64,000 nucleotides of DNA from an uncultured Actinomycetes bacterium (GTDB taxonomy: Bacteria > Actinomycetota > Actinomycetes > S36-B12 > UBA10799), in NCBI GenBank assembly GCA_963821045.1, contig CAWGCB010000006.1:517697-581696 (forward strand), in the 5' to 3' direction. The position numbers were made by a program, and so were the translations under genes. Below are positions 1-12,542 of this stretch, piece by piece; positions within the stretch are counted from its first letter, which is position 1, and every line of letters starts with the position of its first letter. The notes under the pieces were generated by a model, which saw nothing but the letters and a program-made list of their open reading frames with translations, was not told the origin of the DNA and did no database searches.

Positions 1-2
1 CG

Positions 3-695
3 ATGGTGATCGGTCTCGTGCTCGGCGTAGTGATCGCCATCATGAGGTTGTCACCGAACCCAGTTCTGAGCTCAACCGCGTGGGTGTTCGTGTGGGTTTT
101 TCGCGGGACACCTGTCTACGTCCAGTTGTTCCTGTGGGGCTCGATCATCGCGCTGTACCAAAACATTTCCCTCGGTATCCCGTTCGGTCCAGAGATGCTC
201 ACCTTCGACACCAAGACGCTGATCCCGGCATTCGTCGCGGCGCTCTTGGGACTCGGGTTGAACGAGGCTGCCTACATGTCCGAGATCGTGAGAGCTGGAA
301 TCCTGAGTGTCGACGAGGGTCAAGAGGAGGCCGCGACTGCCGTCGGCATGACGCGGATGCAGACCCTGCGCGTTGTCGTGCTGCCGCAGGCTATGCGGGT
401 CATCGTCCCACCTACCGGCAACGAGACGATCTCCATGCTCAAGACGACGTCTCTGGTGATCGCGATACCGTTGTCGACTGAGTTGTTCTTTCAAGCCGGC
501 GTCATTGGAAACCGGTTGTTCCAGCCGTTCCCGATGGCCATCATGGCGAGCATGTGGTACCTGGCTCTGACGTCGGTCCTGATGGTCGGGCAGTACTACA
601 TCGAACGCCACTACGCGAAGGGCGCCATGCGTGACCTGCCGCCGACACCTATTCAGAAAATTCGGGCTCGTTTCGGTCGTCGGGATGCGTCATGA
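3..695 (+). CDS. polar amino-acid ABC transporter permease (N-terminus outside window)
   Basis: ORF is open to the window edge. Multi-TM protein with the EAA-type loop of His/Glu/Gln/Arg/opine permeases (LNEAAYMSEIVRAGILSVDEGQEEAATAVGM). Followed directly by the cognate ATPase. Confidence 0.85.
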   Translation: MVIGLVLGVVIAIMRLSPNPVLSSTAWVFVWVFRGTPVYVQLFLWGSIIALYQNISLGIPFGPEMLTFDTKTLIPAFVAALLGLGLNEAAYMSEIVRAGILSVDEGQEEAATAVGMTRMQTLRVVVLPQAMRVIVPPTGNETISMLKTTSLVIAIPLSTELFFQAGVIGNRLFQPFPMAIMASMWYLALTSVLMVGQYYIERHYAKGAMRDLPPTPIQKIRARFGRRDAS

Positions 696-740
696 GCTGA
701 GTCGAAGGCTGCTCCCGAGCAGCGCCAGCTCCCCGAGGTA

Positions 741-1494
741 ATGGTCAAGGCTGAAAGTGTCTATAAGGCGTTCGGTCGTAACGAGGTGCTGCGGGGAATT
801 GACTTCGAAGTTCATCGGGGCCAGGTCGCCTGCATCATTGGCCCGTCCGGCGGCGGAAAGTCCACGTTTCTTGCGCTGTATCAACCACCTAGAGAAGATC
901 GACGCCGGTCGACTCTCGGTCGAGGGCGAGCTCATCGGCTACACCCAGCGCGGTGACAAACTGCACGAGATGAGGGACAAGGAGGTCGCCTCCCAGCGCC
1001 GCTCCATCGGCATGGTGTTTCAACGCTTCAACCTGTTCCCACATATGACAGCCGCTCAGAATGTCATGGCGGGTCCGGTCGTGGTCAAGAAGACTGACAA
1101 AGCCAAGGCCAAAGCCCGAGCAATGGACCTATTGGGATCGGTTGGACTTGGCGATCGCGGTGACAGCTATCCGATGCAACTCTCTGGCGGACAGCAGCAG
1201 CGCGTAGCTATCGCTCGAGCGCTGGCCATGGACCCGGACCTGATGTTGTTCGATGAGCCGACGTCTGCGCTCGACCCCGAACTAGTGGGCGACGTGCTGG
1301 ACGTAATGAAGAACCTCGCTGCCAGTGGAATGACCATGATTGTGGTGACCCACGAGGTGGGGTTCGCCCGGGAAGTGGGCGATGTTCTCGCATTCATCGA
1401 CCAAGGAGTTGTGGCCGACTCTGGGCCTCCAAGGGAACTATTGTCCAACCCCTCGAGCCCTCGGCTGCGCGACTTTCTGGGCAAAGTTCTCTAG
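741..1494 (+). pseudogene. amino-acid ABC transporter ATP-binding protein, one +1 frameshift
   Basis: Walker A ([11 protein letters not shown]) is in the frame starting at 741. The rest ([15 protein letters not shown]-loop, [15 protein letters not shown] signature, Walker [14 protein letters not shown]-loop VTHE) is in the frame of ORF 757..1494. The switch maps to an extra T in the TTT run at about 866-868. Confidence 0.85.
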
Positions 1495-1555
1495 CTCGGC
1501 GTAGTGTCGCTGCGCCTCATGGCCAGACTGAGCGAGTAGTAGTCCGGGGTGAGGG

Positions 1556-2404
1556 TTACGCCACCTGCATGTCGGCGTCCCACTCCCGAGCGAACTGCGC
1601 ATCGGAGGCAGTGATGCCGGACAGGATGGATGACAGCACAGTCGGGTGATACATCAGCCCGTGGTGACCCAGGCCGCGGTACTCCACGTGGCGCACGTCG
1701 AGTAGGGGGTGCGTCAACTTGCCGTAGTACCCCGGCACAACCTCATCGGTCACCGAGTACATGCTGAACCAGCGCGTGGAGCCAGTTCTCGTCTCGGCCT
1801 CGATCGTGCGCAGGGTGGGGCTACCAGGTCGAAGTTCTCTCACCAGGTGACCAACAAGTGGCACGAGGGTGCCAGGGCCGTACGCCCAGGGCGTTCCGCG
1901 ATGTGGTGAGCCCAACGTCACTGCTGTTGCCACGTAGTCCTGAATCTCCGGGTGTCGGTTGATCGCCGCCCGCAAAACTAGTCCGCCGATCGAATGCGCT
2001 ACGACGTGTACTGCGGGCACGGCCGATTGTCCCGTGAACTCCCAGACGTGTTCGGCGACGATGTCTGCGCAGTCGTTCAGCGATCTGCTGAACGTGTGGT
2101 AGTTGACCGAACGCGAGTTGAATCCTTCGCGGGTCAAACGTCGCTGGAGTTTGTAGCTCCAGCTTTGGTTGTGGCCGAGTCCGTGCAGAAGTAGAACTGG
2201 TAAGCGCCGGTCTGGCGAGTCGTCGTTTCGCTGGTCTCTACGCAGGAATCTTGGGAGTGGTTTGGAAAGGACCCCGCTGATCGCGTTCGATGCGCCAGAC
2301 AGATAAAGCGACGTTGTGCCAGCCGCGTAGAGCGCTTCTCGCATTGCGAAGCGAGTTGGTTTGGCAAGCCCAGGGACGTCAACGACCTGATGCTGATCAG
2401 TCAT
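1556..2404 (-). CDS. alpha/beta-fold hydrolase, lipase/esterase-like
   Basis: LLLHGLGHN oxyanion-region block, AHSIGG nucleophile elbow and downstream GSPHRG. The pattern resembles class-2 lipase / PGAP1-like hydrolases. Confidence 0.7.
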   Translation of the reverse strand: MTDQHQVVDVPGLAKPTRFAMREALYAAGTTSLYLSGASNAISGVLSKPLPRFLRRDQRNDDSPDRRLPVLLLHGLGHNQSWSYKLQRRLTREGFNSRSVNYHTFSRSLNDCADIVAEHVWEFTGQSAVPAVHVVAHSIGGLVLRAAINRHPEIQDYVATAVTLGSPHRGTPWAYGPGTLVPLVGHLVRELRPGSPTLRTIEAETRTGSTRWFSMYSVTDEVVPGYYGKLTHPLLDVRHVEYRGLGHHGLMYHPTVLSSILSGITASDAQFAREWDADMQVA

Positions 2405-2529
2405 GAGGGTCCTCCGCGACGACGGCTATGTGTCCGCTTCGGATTGTTGCCCGGCTGTCGCGGAACGTGCTAGTTGCGTCACCCGAATGGCCACCAGTCT
2501 TGTCTAGCGCTTACCGGGCGAGGAGCTAC

Positions 2530-2901
2530 TCAGCGTCCGATCGCCGCCGCCAGGGCCTGTGGATCTGTGACGCTTACCCACAGTTTCGAGTGATCCCGCA
2601 GACCGATTACCCGTGGCACCTTCTCGATGAACGAGATGCTCAGACCGCGACGCGGGTTGGTGCCGAAGGTTACGTCGTCGTCGGTGAGGCTCAGACGCAA
2701 ACCAACAGCCTTGAACCACTGGTGCGGGCCGGTTATCTCCGTATGGTCGATGTTGCTGATCGGCGTCTCGATCTTTGCGAAGCCAAACGTCGCCCGCAGG
2801 AGCCCATCGTCGGTGACCTCGACCCCGTCGGTGTCCTTGACCCGTAGCGCAAGCAGGATCGGTGCGTAGCGGGAGTCGCGGTCGAATGGAAAGAACGGCA
2901 T
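2530..2901 (-). CDS. conserved hypothetical protein
   Basis: Long ORF with coding-like composition. The internal ATG at 2901 (MPFFPFDRD...) is the more plausible start than 2961. No motif recognised. Confidence 0.45.
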   Translation of the reverse strand: MPFFPFDRDSRYAPILLALRVKDTDGVEVTDDGLLRATFGFAKIETPISNIDHTEITGPHQWFKAVGLRLSLTDDDVTFGTNPRRGLSISFIEKVPRVIGLRDHSKLWVSVTDPQALAAAIGR

Positions 2902-3122
2902 GCGTCCAGTCTTGCAGGTCGCCGACGTTACTTCGCAGCTCGACGGAGTGCCGGGCGCCACCCTAGCGCTCCACCTGATCTTGCCTGAGTCGTCATGTAG
3001 GTCTCTTGAGTGGTAGACGTAGTCCCGCGAGGTGAGCGTTTAGCAACACCCGTTGACAGGGCAGACCTCTGGCGGCCTGCAACTGTCTGACCGACGCAGG
3101 ACTGACTAGAGCGAGGTAGGCC

Positions 3123-4850
3123 ATGAGCGGGGACAAAATTCTGAAGGCGTCAGCAGTGATCACCATGGACGAGTCGACGCCTCATGCGCAGGCAGTTGCA
3201 ATCGACACATCGACCGGAACGATCACGGCAGTGGGTTCGTTAGCGGACGTCCAGGCGGCCACCCCCGGAGTTGACGTAACCGACCTCGGTTCCTCAGTGC
3301 TGATGCCAGGTTTCATCGATCCACACAACCACCCCGCGTTGAGCGGAATGGTGACCCAGGAGCCAGCACACTGGATCGCTCCATACGTCGGGTATCCCAC
3401 CTATGCGGACGTTGAGGCGCTCTGGCGCAAACTTGATGCTGAGACCCCCGCCGGAGAGCCGGTGCTATGCAGCGGACTCGATCGACTCCTGCAGGGCGCG
3501 CCCGAACTCACAAATACGGATCTCGATGCGTTCTTCCCGAACCGTCCAGCCTTCGTCTTGGACAACTCTGGGCATGAGGCTTACTTCAACACGGCGGTTA
3601 TGGCCTTAAACGGCTGGGAGGGGAATAAGCCGCCGGCGGACCCAGTAGGCGCGAGTTTTGGGCGCAACGCGGACGGAACGTCGAATGGTCGCGCGTACGA
3701 GACCGCAGCGGTACTCGGTGCTGCTGGAAAACTCATGGAGACCGCGATCCCGCATCCGCTGCTGTCGCTTGCCAAGTGGCTCAAACTGATGTCCACCAAT
3801 GGCATCACTATGACCTCAGAACACACGTACCAGGACAACATGCTCGCCGGGTACGTCGCGTGCGCCTCGGTTCCGTCTGCCCCGATGCGCGTCGCGCTCT
3901 ACCACATGTCGATCGAGGCAGACTGCGGTGAGAAGCTGAGCAGTCCTGTGCCGGAGTCGATGCTTTGGAAGCAAGGCATCAAGCTATGGGCAGACGGATC
4001 TCCTTGGGTCGGAACCATCGCGTCATCGTTCCCGTACCTGGATACCCCGACCGTCAAGAACGCGCAGATTCCGCTCGGGCCTGGCGGCGAAGCCATGATG
4101 AACTACACCAGAGCCGAGCTTGATCAAGTACTCGCCAAATACACGCCACTCGGGTGGCAGTTCGCCTTTCACGTCAACGGTGACGTTGGGTTGGACATCG
4201 TGCTCGATGCCTACGAACACGCCCTCGCGACAAATGGCCTCCTGGGCACCGACCACCGCTGGCGAGTCGAGCACGTCGGTGGCTGTCGCGGAGATCAGTT
4301 TGATCGAGCGGCGAGTCTCGGTGTCACGATTTCGATGCTCCCTGCTCAGTTCATCTATTGGGGTGACCTCCTAGATGGGCAGATGTTCCCACCTGAGATC
4401 GGCAGCCAATGGATGCAAGCAGGTGCCGCGTTCCGCTCTGGTGCGCTGGTCACATTTCACAATGATGGGTTAGTGAGTCCGCCTATCCCGTTGCTCAACA
4501 TTCAGAGTATGGTGACGCGCCGCTCGCATTCGGGCACGTTGCACGGCCCGGAGCAGCAGGTAACTCTCGACGACGCCTTCAAGGCTCACACCGTTAATGC
4601 CGCGCGCCAACTGGGACGAGACAAAGATCTAGGGTCCATCACGGTCGGCAAACTGGCTGACTTCGTTGAACTATCTGCCAACCCGTTCACTGTGGACGCC
4701 GATAAGTTGACAGAGCAGGTGACTGTGGTTGACACATGGGTGAACGGAAAGCCAGTGGACACCGCGAAGTTCTTAGCCGAGGTTGAAGCGGTCGACCCTA
4801 CCCACCACAATGACTTACCGAAAGCAGCGTTGTCCCACAAGTGCGGCTAG
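3123..4850 (+). CDS. amidohydrolase family metal-dependent hydrolase (Amidohydro_3 / YtcJ-like)
   Basis: PGFIDPHNHP (HxH metal site), FHVNGD and FHNDG blocks. 575 aa is a typical length for this family. Confidence 0.8.
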   Translation: MSGDKILKASAVITMDESTPHAQAVAIDTSTGTITAVGSLADVQAATPGVDVTDLGSSVLMPGFIDPHNHPALSGMVTQEPAHWIAPYVGYPTYADVEALWRKLDAETPAGEPVLCSGLDRLLQGAPELTNTDLDAFFPNRPAFVLDNSGHEAYFNTAVMALNGWEGNKPPADPVGASFGRNADGTSNGRAYETAAVLGAAGKLMETAIPHPLLSLAKWLKLMSTNGITMTSEHTYQDNMLAGYVACASVPSAPMRVALYHMSIEADCGEKLSSPVPESMLWKQGIKLWADGSPWVGTIASSFPYLDTPTVKNAQIPLGPGGEAMMNYTRAELDQVLAKYTPLGWQFAFHVNGDVGLDIVLDAYEHALATNGLLGTDHRWRVEHVGGCRGDQFDRAASLGVTISMLPAQFIYWGDLLDGQMFPPEIGSQWMQAGAAFRSGALVTFHNDGLVSPPIPLLNIQSMVTRRSHSGTLHGPEQQVTLDDAFKAHTVNAARQLGRDKDLGSITVGKLADFVELSANPFTVDADKLTEQVTVVDTWVNGKPVDTAKFLAEVEAVDPTHHNDLPKAALSHKCG

Positions 4851-4882
4851 TGACTTAGCGATTTGAGATAGGCGAGAGGTGC

Positions 4883-6148
4883 GTGTGGCAGATGACTGAT
4901 CTGTCGCAGGGCGACATCATGCTCGCGGTGGCGTTGGTCTTTGGAATCGCCACTTTCTGCCAAGTTGTCGCGCCCTCATTGCGAGTCCCGGCATTGATCC
5001 TGCTGCTGCCCGCAGGTTTCTTGCTGGGCCTAGTCGCACCAGACCTTCGGGTGGATCAGATCCTGGGCTCCTCGTTCGCCGTGGTCGTGGACCTAGTCGT
5101 CGCAGTGATCCTGTTCCAGGGTGGCATGCAGCTAGGCACTATCCCACTGGTGCGGGCGGACAAGAATGTGGTTCACCGACTCATCTGGCTTGGCGGCTCC
5201 CTGACCTTTCTTGCCGGTACGGTGCTCTCCCACTTTCTGCTCGGTCTGCCATGGCCGCTAGCCTTTTTGCTCGGCGCGATTCTGGTCGTCTCTGGTCCAA
5301 CTGTTGTCACGCCAATTCTTGATTTCGTGGGTCCCACCCCACGATTGCGGAAGATCCTCATGTGGGAGGGGACTCTTCTTGATCCGCTGGGAGCGATCTT
5401 GGCGGTGGTGGTCTTCCAGATTGTCCGCGTCAGCAGCATGGACGCGCCCATTGAGGCGGTCACCACGCTGGTCAGCAGCTTCATAGTGGCAGTCGTTCTC
5501 GCTATCGTCGGGGTGAATATCACCGTTCTTGGGGCGAAGTTGGTGCGCGGCAACAATCTGCTCGGCACCCAGGTCATGATCGGCTCCGTAATTCTCTGTG
5601 CGGGCCTAGCGAACTCCATTGCCCCGGATAGCGGCTTGCTCACTGCCCTGCTCATGGGCGCAGCAACCCATCCTTTGGCAAAGCGCTACAACGCGTCCCT
5701 GACCTCGGTTGAGCCATTCTTCAACACCATCGCGTCGATTGGTATTGGTGCTCTGTTCGTGAGCATCGCGGCTATCGTTCCCTCCCCAGTGGTCTTGGCA
5801 GTGTTGCTACCAGCATTCGGGGTATCGCTCGTCCTGATATTCGTCGTGCGTCCACTCGTCGCCGCGCTATGTACCCGCAATGCCGACCTGAGCCGCAACG
5901 AGCGGATGTTCATCGGATGGATGGATCCGCGTGGAATCGTCGCGGCGGCTACGGCCTCCAGTGTCGCCGGCGCTCTCGTAATCGCGAAGGTTCCAGACGC
6001 AGACAAGTTGCTGCCCGCCGCATTTGTGATCATCACGGTGACCGTGTTCACCTATGGACTCACGGCGGTACCGGTTGCCAGAGCGCTCGGGGTTCAGGCT
6101 GCGCCCACCGTTCCACCTGCTGAAGAGGCTGCAGCACCCAAGGTCTGA
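4883..6148 (+). CDS. cation:proton antiporter (Na+/H+ exchanger family)
   Basis: 421 aa, about 11-12 hydrophobic helices, with sodium/hydrogen-exchanger-like sequence blocks (LLLPAGFLLG, VSGPTVVTPIL). Confidence 0.75.
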   Translation: MWQMTDLSQGDIMLAVALVFGIATFCQVVAPSLRVPALILLLPAGFLLGLVAPDLRVDQILGSSFAVVVDLVVAVILFQGGMQLGTIPLVRADKNVVHRLIWLGGSLTFLAGTVLSHFLLGLPWPLAFLLGAILVVSGPTVVTPILDFVGPTPRLRKILMWEGTLLDPLGAILAVVVFQIVRVSSMDAPIEAVTTLVSSFIVAVVLAIVGVNITVLGAKLVRGNNLLGTQVMIGSVILCAGLANSIAPDSGLLTALLMGAATHPLAKRYNASLTSVEPFFNTIASIGIGALFVSIAAIVPSPVVLAVLLPAFGVSLVLIFVVRPLVAALCTRNADLSRNERMFIGWMDPRGIVAAATASSVAGALVIAKVPDADKLLPAAFVIITVTVFTYGLTAVPVARALGVQAAPTVPPAEEAAAPKV

Positions 6149-6163
6149 TAGGTCACCGCGGCG

Positions 6164-6664
6164 TTGGCGGCGTTGGCAACTCTGCCGGCCGACACGAGTA
6201 TCGTCACCGATGTGACTACGGCCGTGCGCGTTAAGGGCCTTCAAGTCTCAGCGCTAGATGCAGTGGATCTGTTTGTCTACGTAGTAATCTTGAATCTCGC
6301 TGCGCAGTTCGTTCCATCGGTGATCAGCGAATCGTTCGCCATGTCGCTAGTGACGGCGCTTCTTCTGAAGGTTGTCCTTGAGTTTGTTCTCATCGTCAAG
6401 AAGCGAGTCATGAGCCGGTTTTCGGCCGCCACGACTCCAGGTGGCAAGGTCGGGGCTGGGGTCCTTCTGTGGGTGGTTCTGGCCGGTAGCAAGTTCGTCG
6501 TTCTAGAACTTGAGGCGCTACTGCTGGGTGACGCCGTGAGTTTGGGCGGCTTCTTCTCCGTCACGCTACTGATCATCACGCTGATGGTTGGCCGCGCACT
6601 GGTTCGACGATTCCTTGCGCGGTCAACCGTCGGAGATCACGAAACTCTTGACTCGCCTGGCTGA
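6164..6664 (+). CDS. hypothetical membrane protein
   Basis: ORF with 3-4 hydrophobic helices. No recognised motif and the start is uncertain. Confidence 0.4.
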   Translation: MAALATLPADTSIVTDVTTAVRVKGLQVSALDAVDLFVYVVILNLAAQFVPSVISESFAMSLVTALLLKVVLEFVLIVKKRVMSRFSAATTPGGKVGAGVLLWVVLAGSKFVVLELEALLLGDAVSLGGFFSVTLLIITLMVGRALVRRFLARSTVGDHETLDSPG

Positions 6665-6875
6665 TCCGGGACTTGATCTGTCACCGTTCGCCGGGCGAAA
6701 AACTGCCCGGGGTGGTTTTGGCTACCGCCTTTGCAATGCTGGTCACGTCAATCGGAGCGGCGTCCGCTGCCTTGCAAGAACCCGCTACGATCAAGGTTCG
6801 GGCTACAGTCTCGGGGTTCCCAGGTAACCAGACACTCGGATCCGCACCGAAAGCACTGAGTCAGGAGGGTCCGTC

Positions 6876-7277
6876 TTGGCAGCACTTGCTCGATGGTTAC
6901 TGGCCGGTTTCCTTCTCGTCGCGGGCGTCGGCCACTTCATCAATGCCGACACCTTCCTAGCCCAGGTCCCGCCATGGCTCCCGTTCCCCGCCGCGATCGT
7001 CGCTTTGTCTGGTGTCGTCGAGCTGTCACTGGCGGTGAGCCTCATTGCGCTGCCGCGTTGGCGTACGCAGGTTGGCTGGGTGGTCGCAGCATTCTTCATC
7101 GCTGTGTTTCCGGGCAACATCTCGCAGTTCGTCACTCAGACCGACGCCTTCGGTTTGGACTCCGACCTCAGTCGCGCTATCCGGCTCCTGTTTCAACCGG
7201 TCCTGGTTGTATGGGCGCTCTGGTGTACCGGGGCGTGGCAGGCGTGGATGTCACGTCGCCGCCAAGCTCAACCGTGA
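6876..7277 (+). CDS. DoxX-like membrane protein
   Basis: 133 aa, 4 TM helices. N-terminal LLAGFLLVAGVGHF and FFIAVFPGNI blocks are typical of DoxX/DoxX-like proteins. Confidence 0.6.
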   Translation: MAALARWLLAGFLLVAGVGHFINADTFLAQVPPWLPFPAAIVALSGVVELSLAVSLIALPRWRTQVGWVVAAFFIAVFPGNISQFVTQTDAFGLDSDLSRAIRLLFQPVLVVWALWCTGAWQAWMSRRRQAQP

Positions 7278-7278
7278 T

Positions 7279-8124
7279 TCACATTCCGGAGGGGCCGCGG
7301 AACAGTTTCGGATCCTGTTGATATGCCCGAAAGAAGCAGGTGATGTATCCCATTCGTTCGTAGAGGGATTCCCAACTTGTCGCGTTCGAGTAGCGCGTCG
7401 TCGTGAGTGTCTGCCCATAAGTCTGTAGGAGATTTTTCAATCGGCTATCACTCAGCTCAGCCAGAGCGTCGGGCCACTGTTTGCCGTCGAGATATCCCGG
7501 TCGCGGAACGTCGCGACAGACATCCAGGTCACCATCTGGGGTCGTGATCTTGACGAATCGTGTTCCAAGAATCCCGGCAACGCCACCCAGCGGGATGGCG
7601 GCATCCACCAATGGGTCTGCGAACTCTTGCTCGTGGTGAGCTATCAGAATGTTCGCTCGCAAGATCAGTTGAGCCCGCTGGTGGCTTGTACCGGAGTCGC
7701 CCCGAGAGGCGAGTAGCAACGCCTTTGAGTAGCAGTCGAACGCCTCTGCGAGGGAAGAGGATTCAGTTAGGAGCGGTTCCTTCCTTACGACTACGCCGAG
7801 TTCAGCCGCAGAAAAAGAGTCCGTCATTTGGAGGAACCGTGCGAATCGTGGGCCGATATCGCAGATGATGGCGAGATTTCCTTGCGCCACCGCGGCCTGG
7901 CCCCAACTGACCGGTACTAGGTCTCCGCGAATGAACTTGCCCGCGGTGTGGCTTGCCCACGCGCCGAAGGTCAACCAATTTGCGTCCGATCTTCCAATTC
8001 GAGCGGTCAGCGCCATGCCCAGGTTGTGGTACTCGGAGGTGATCGAATAGTTGCGCTGCACCGGATCAGTGATCGAAGTAAGTCGTGCAACAAGGTCGAG
8101 ACCTGCTGGCTGTGGTGTATGCAC
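7279..8124 (-). CDS. conserved hypothetical protein
   Basis: 281-aa ORF with good coding character. No catalytic motif recognised. Confidence 0.5.
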   Translation of the reverse strand: MHTPQPAGLDLVARLTSITDPVQRNYSITSEYHNLGMALTARIGRSDANWLTFGAWASHTAGKFIRGDLVPVSWGQAAVAQGNLAIICDIGPRFARFLQMTDSFSAAELGVVVRKEPLLTESSSLAEAFDCYSKALLLASRGDSGTSHQRAQLILRANILIAHHEQEFADPLVDAAIPLGGVAGILGTRFVKITTPDGDLDVCRDVPRPGYLDGKQWPDALAELSDSRLKNLLQTYGQTLTTTRYSNATSWESLYERMGYITCFFRAYQQDPKLFRGPSGM

Positions 8125-8180
8125 CAGCGGATCACACCTCCGTCAAGTGGTCAGGCCACAGTGAAGACCGGGAATCGCAA

Positions 8181-8205
8181 AGCCCCCTGCAAAACGCAGA
8201 GGGCT
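8181..8205 (-). terminator. hairpin downstream of tRNA-Ala (10-bp stem, 5-nt loop)
   Basis: Minus strand reads AGCCCTCTGC-GTTTT-GCAGGGGGCT followed by TTGCGATT (the run across the stem end reads GGGGGCTTTGCGATT). It lies 9 nt past the tRNA 3' end. Confidence 0.45.
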
Positions 8206-8213
8206 CGTCGGAG

Positions 8214-8286
8214 TGGAGCCAAGGGGAGTCGAACCCCTGACCTATTGCCTGCCAGGCAATTGCTCTACCAGCTGAGCTATGGCCCC
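8214..8286 (-). tRNA. tRNA-Ala (anticodon GGC), CCA encoded
   Basis: Reverse complement folds as a cloverleaf: GGGGCCA acceptor with G3:U70, GCTCAGCTGGTAGAGC D-arm, anticodon loop CTGGCAG, GGTTCGACTCC T-arm, 3' CCA. Confidence 0.9.
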
Positions 8287-8341
8287 GAGTGCTATCCGTG
8301 GACAGCGAGGTGAGTCTAGCCCACGCCCCTAGAGCACGCGC

Positions 8342-9124
8342 GTGGCCTACTGTTCCCCCATGGGTTCGAACCTGCTAGTTGTCGGAGATTCGCTCACCTA
8401 TCACGGCCCGGATCGCCCGCATGTGCTGACCGATCCGCGACTCTGGCCCAATATCGCTGCCGCTAGCTGCGTGGGCGGCAACGCCGAAACGAGTCGGCCA
8501 GATCCAAGTGCTGCCGCGAGTGTTGACTTAGTGGCCCGCCTTGGGTGGACCGCTCGAGACGCTTGGTGGGCGATTACTAAGGACCCGTATCTCTGGGGCG
8601 CGGTACTTCCACGGGCTGACGCTCTAGTACTAGCGGTCGGGGGTATGGATCACCTCCCAGCATCCATCCCGACGTACCTGCGCGACGGGATTCCCTACAT
8701 CCGTCCGGCATCGTTGCGTCGCCGGGTTCGCGATGCGTATCGCACGCTGTCTCCTCCCGTCATCCGACTATCGGGAGGGTTCCTGCGTCAACTCCCGCAA
8801 GAAGCCACGGACCATTACCTTGGCCGCATCACCTCGGTCGTTCGCCACTTCAACCCTGATGTCCCAGTGGTACTTGTCGCGCCGGGCATCCACCGCTCAC
8901 CCGACTACCCGGATCACCACCATCACCAACCTGCTCTTGTTGCGGCCAGACGGTGGGCGGACAAGTACGAGACCGGCTACGTCGAGGTCGATGACTTGAT
9001 TGAGCCCTCCCTTGAGGATGGCACTGCGAACCCTGACGGAATGCACTACTCGTGGCAGACGCATCAACTCATCGGGGCAGCCGTTGGCGCCGAACTTCGG
9101 GTGCTCGGCTTCGATTCTGCGTGA
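8342..9124 (+). CDS. SGNH/GDSL-family hydrolase
   Basis: Block I VVGDSLTYHG near the N-terminus and block V DGMHY near the C-terminus. The start is possibly the ATG at 8360. Confidence 0.7.
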   Translation: MAYCSPMGSNLLVVGDSLTYHGPDRPHVLTDPRLWPNIAAASCVGGNAETSRPDPSAAASVDLVARLGWTARDAWWAITKDPYLWGAVLPRADALVLAVGGMDHLPASIPTYLRDGIPYIRPASLRRRVRDAYRTLSPPVIRLSGGFLRQLPQEATDHYLGRITSVVRHFNPDVPVVLVAPGIHRSPDYPDHHHHQPALVAARRWADKYETGYVEVDDLIEPSLEDGTANPDGMHYSWQTHQLIGAAVGAELRVLGFDSA

Positions 9125-9142
9125 GGGTCGTAGCCTTATCCG

Positions 9143-11648
<2,506 letters not shown>

Positions 11649-11685
11649 CGCGATTGCGCGGTCGGATCTTCGGTACCGTCGAGGT

Positions 11686-12540
11686 ATGTCTCGCCGCGTC
11701 GCAGTTGTCACTGACTCCACTTCCTATTTGCCGACTCAGTGGGCCCAAGACCTTGGAATCATCAAGGTCCCCGTCCAAGTGATCGTCGGTGGTAAGGCGT
11801 ACAGCGAGGGAGTGGACATTTCCACCGCTGATGTAGCGGCGGCGCTGCGCGAATGGCAGCCTGTGAGCACCTCCCGTCCTTCGCCGGCGCATTTTGCTGC
11901 TGCCTACCAGGCCGCGGCGGATTCCGGTGCAGATTCCATCGTCAGTGCGCACTTGTCCGGAGACCTGTCCGGAACTGTCGAGACGGCTGCGCTCGTCGCC
12001 CAGGACGCACCGATCCCGGTCGAGGTGGTCGATACCCGGACAGTCACCATGCCGTTGGGCTTCGCCTGCATGGCTGGGGCTCGGCTGGCAGATCAAGGCG
12101 CCGATCAGCTCACCGTCGCAAATGCGATTCGGGGTGCTGCCTCGGTGTCGAACTGCTTCTTCTACGTCGACTCACTTGAGTACCTGCGTCGTGGCGGCCG
12201 GATGGGTAAGACTGCGGCCGCGATTGGCACAGCTTTGCGGGTCAAGCCGATCCTGCAGATTGACGAGGGGCATGTACTGCTTCTGGAGAAAGTAAGGACA
12301 GCGAGCAAGGCGCTGGCCAGACTCGCAGCACTGGCGATCGAGAAGGTTGCCGAAGTGGACGGTCAGGCGGATATTGCAGTCCAACACATCGGCGCACCAG
12401 ATCGAGCGAGTGCTCTCGCTGATGTGCTCAGCCGCGAGCTCGGAGGGCGCGAGATCGTTCAGATCGAGATCGGCGCAGTGGTCGGAGCGCACGTCGGGCC
12501 CAACACCGTCTCGGCGGTCGTTGCACCGCAGAACTGGTAG
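11686..12540 (+). CDS. DegV family fatty-acid-binding protein
   Basis: MSRRVAVVTDSTSYLP N-terminus and overall DegV-like sequence. The ATG at 11686 is preceded by GAGG; the upstream part of ORF 11608.. overlaps the leuS tail. Confidence 0.85.
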   Translation: MSRRVAVVTDSTSYLPTQWAQDLGIIKVPVQVIVGGKAYSEGVDISTADVAAALREWQPVSTSRPSPAHFAAAYQAAADSGADSIVSAHLSGDLSGTVETAALVAQDAPIPVEVVDTRTVTMPLGFACMAGARLADQGADQLTVANAIRGAASVSNCFFYVDSLEYLRRGGRMGKTAAAIGTALRVKPILQIDEGHVLLLEKVRTASKALARLAALAIEKVAEVDGQADIAVQHIGAPDRASALADVLSRELGGREIVQIEIGAVVGAHVGPNTVSAVVAPQNW

Positions 12541-12542
12541 TC

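Noticed and set aside
6673-6960. 95-aa ORF with a signal-peptide-like start between the membrane protein and the DoxX gene.
   Set aside because: It overlaps the DoxX-like gene out of frame and has low-complexity Ser/Ala composition. Evidence is insufficient.
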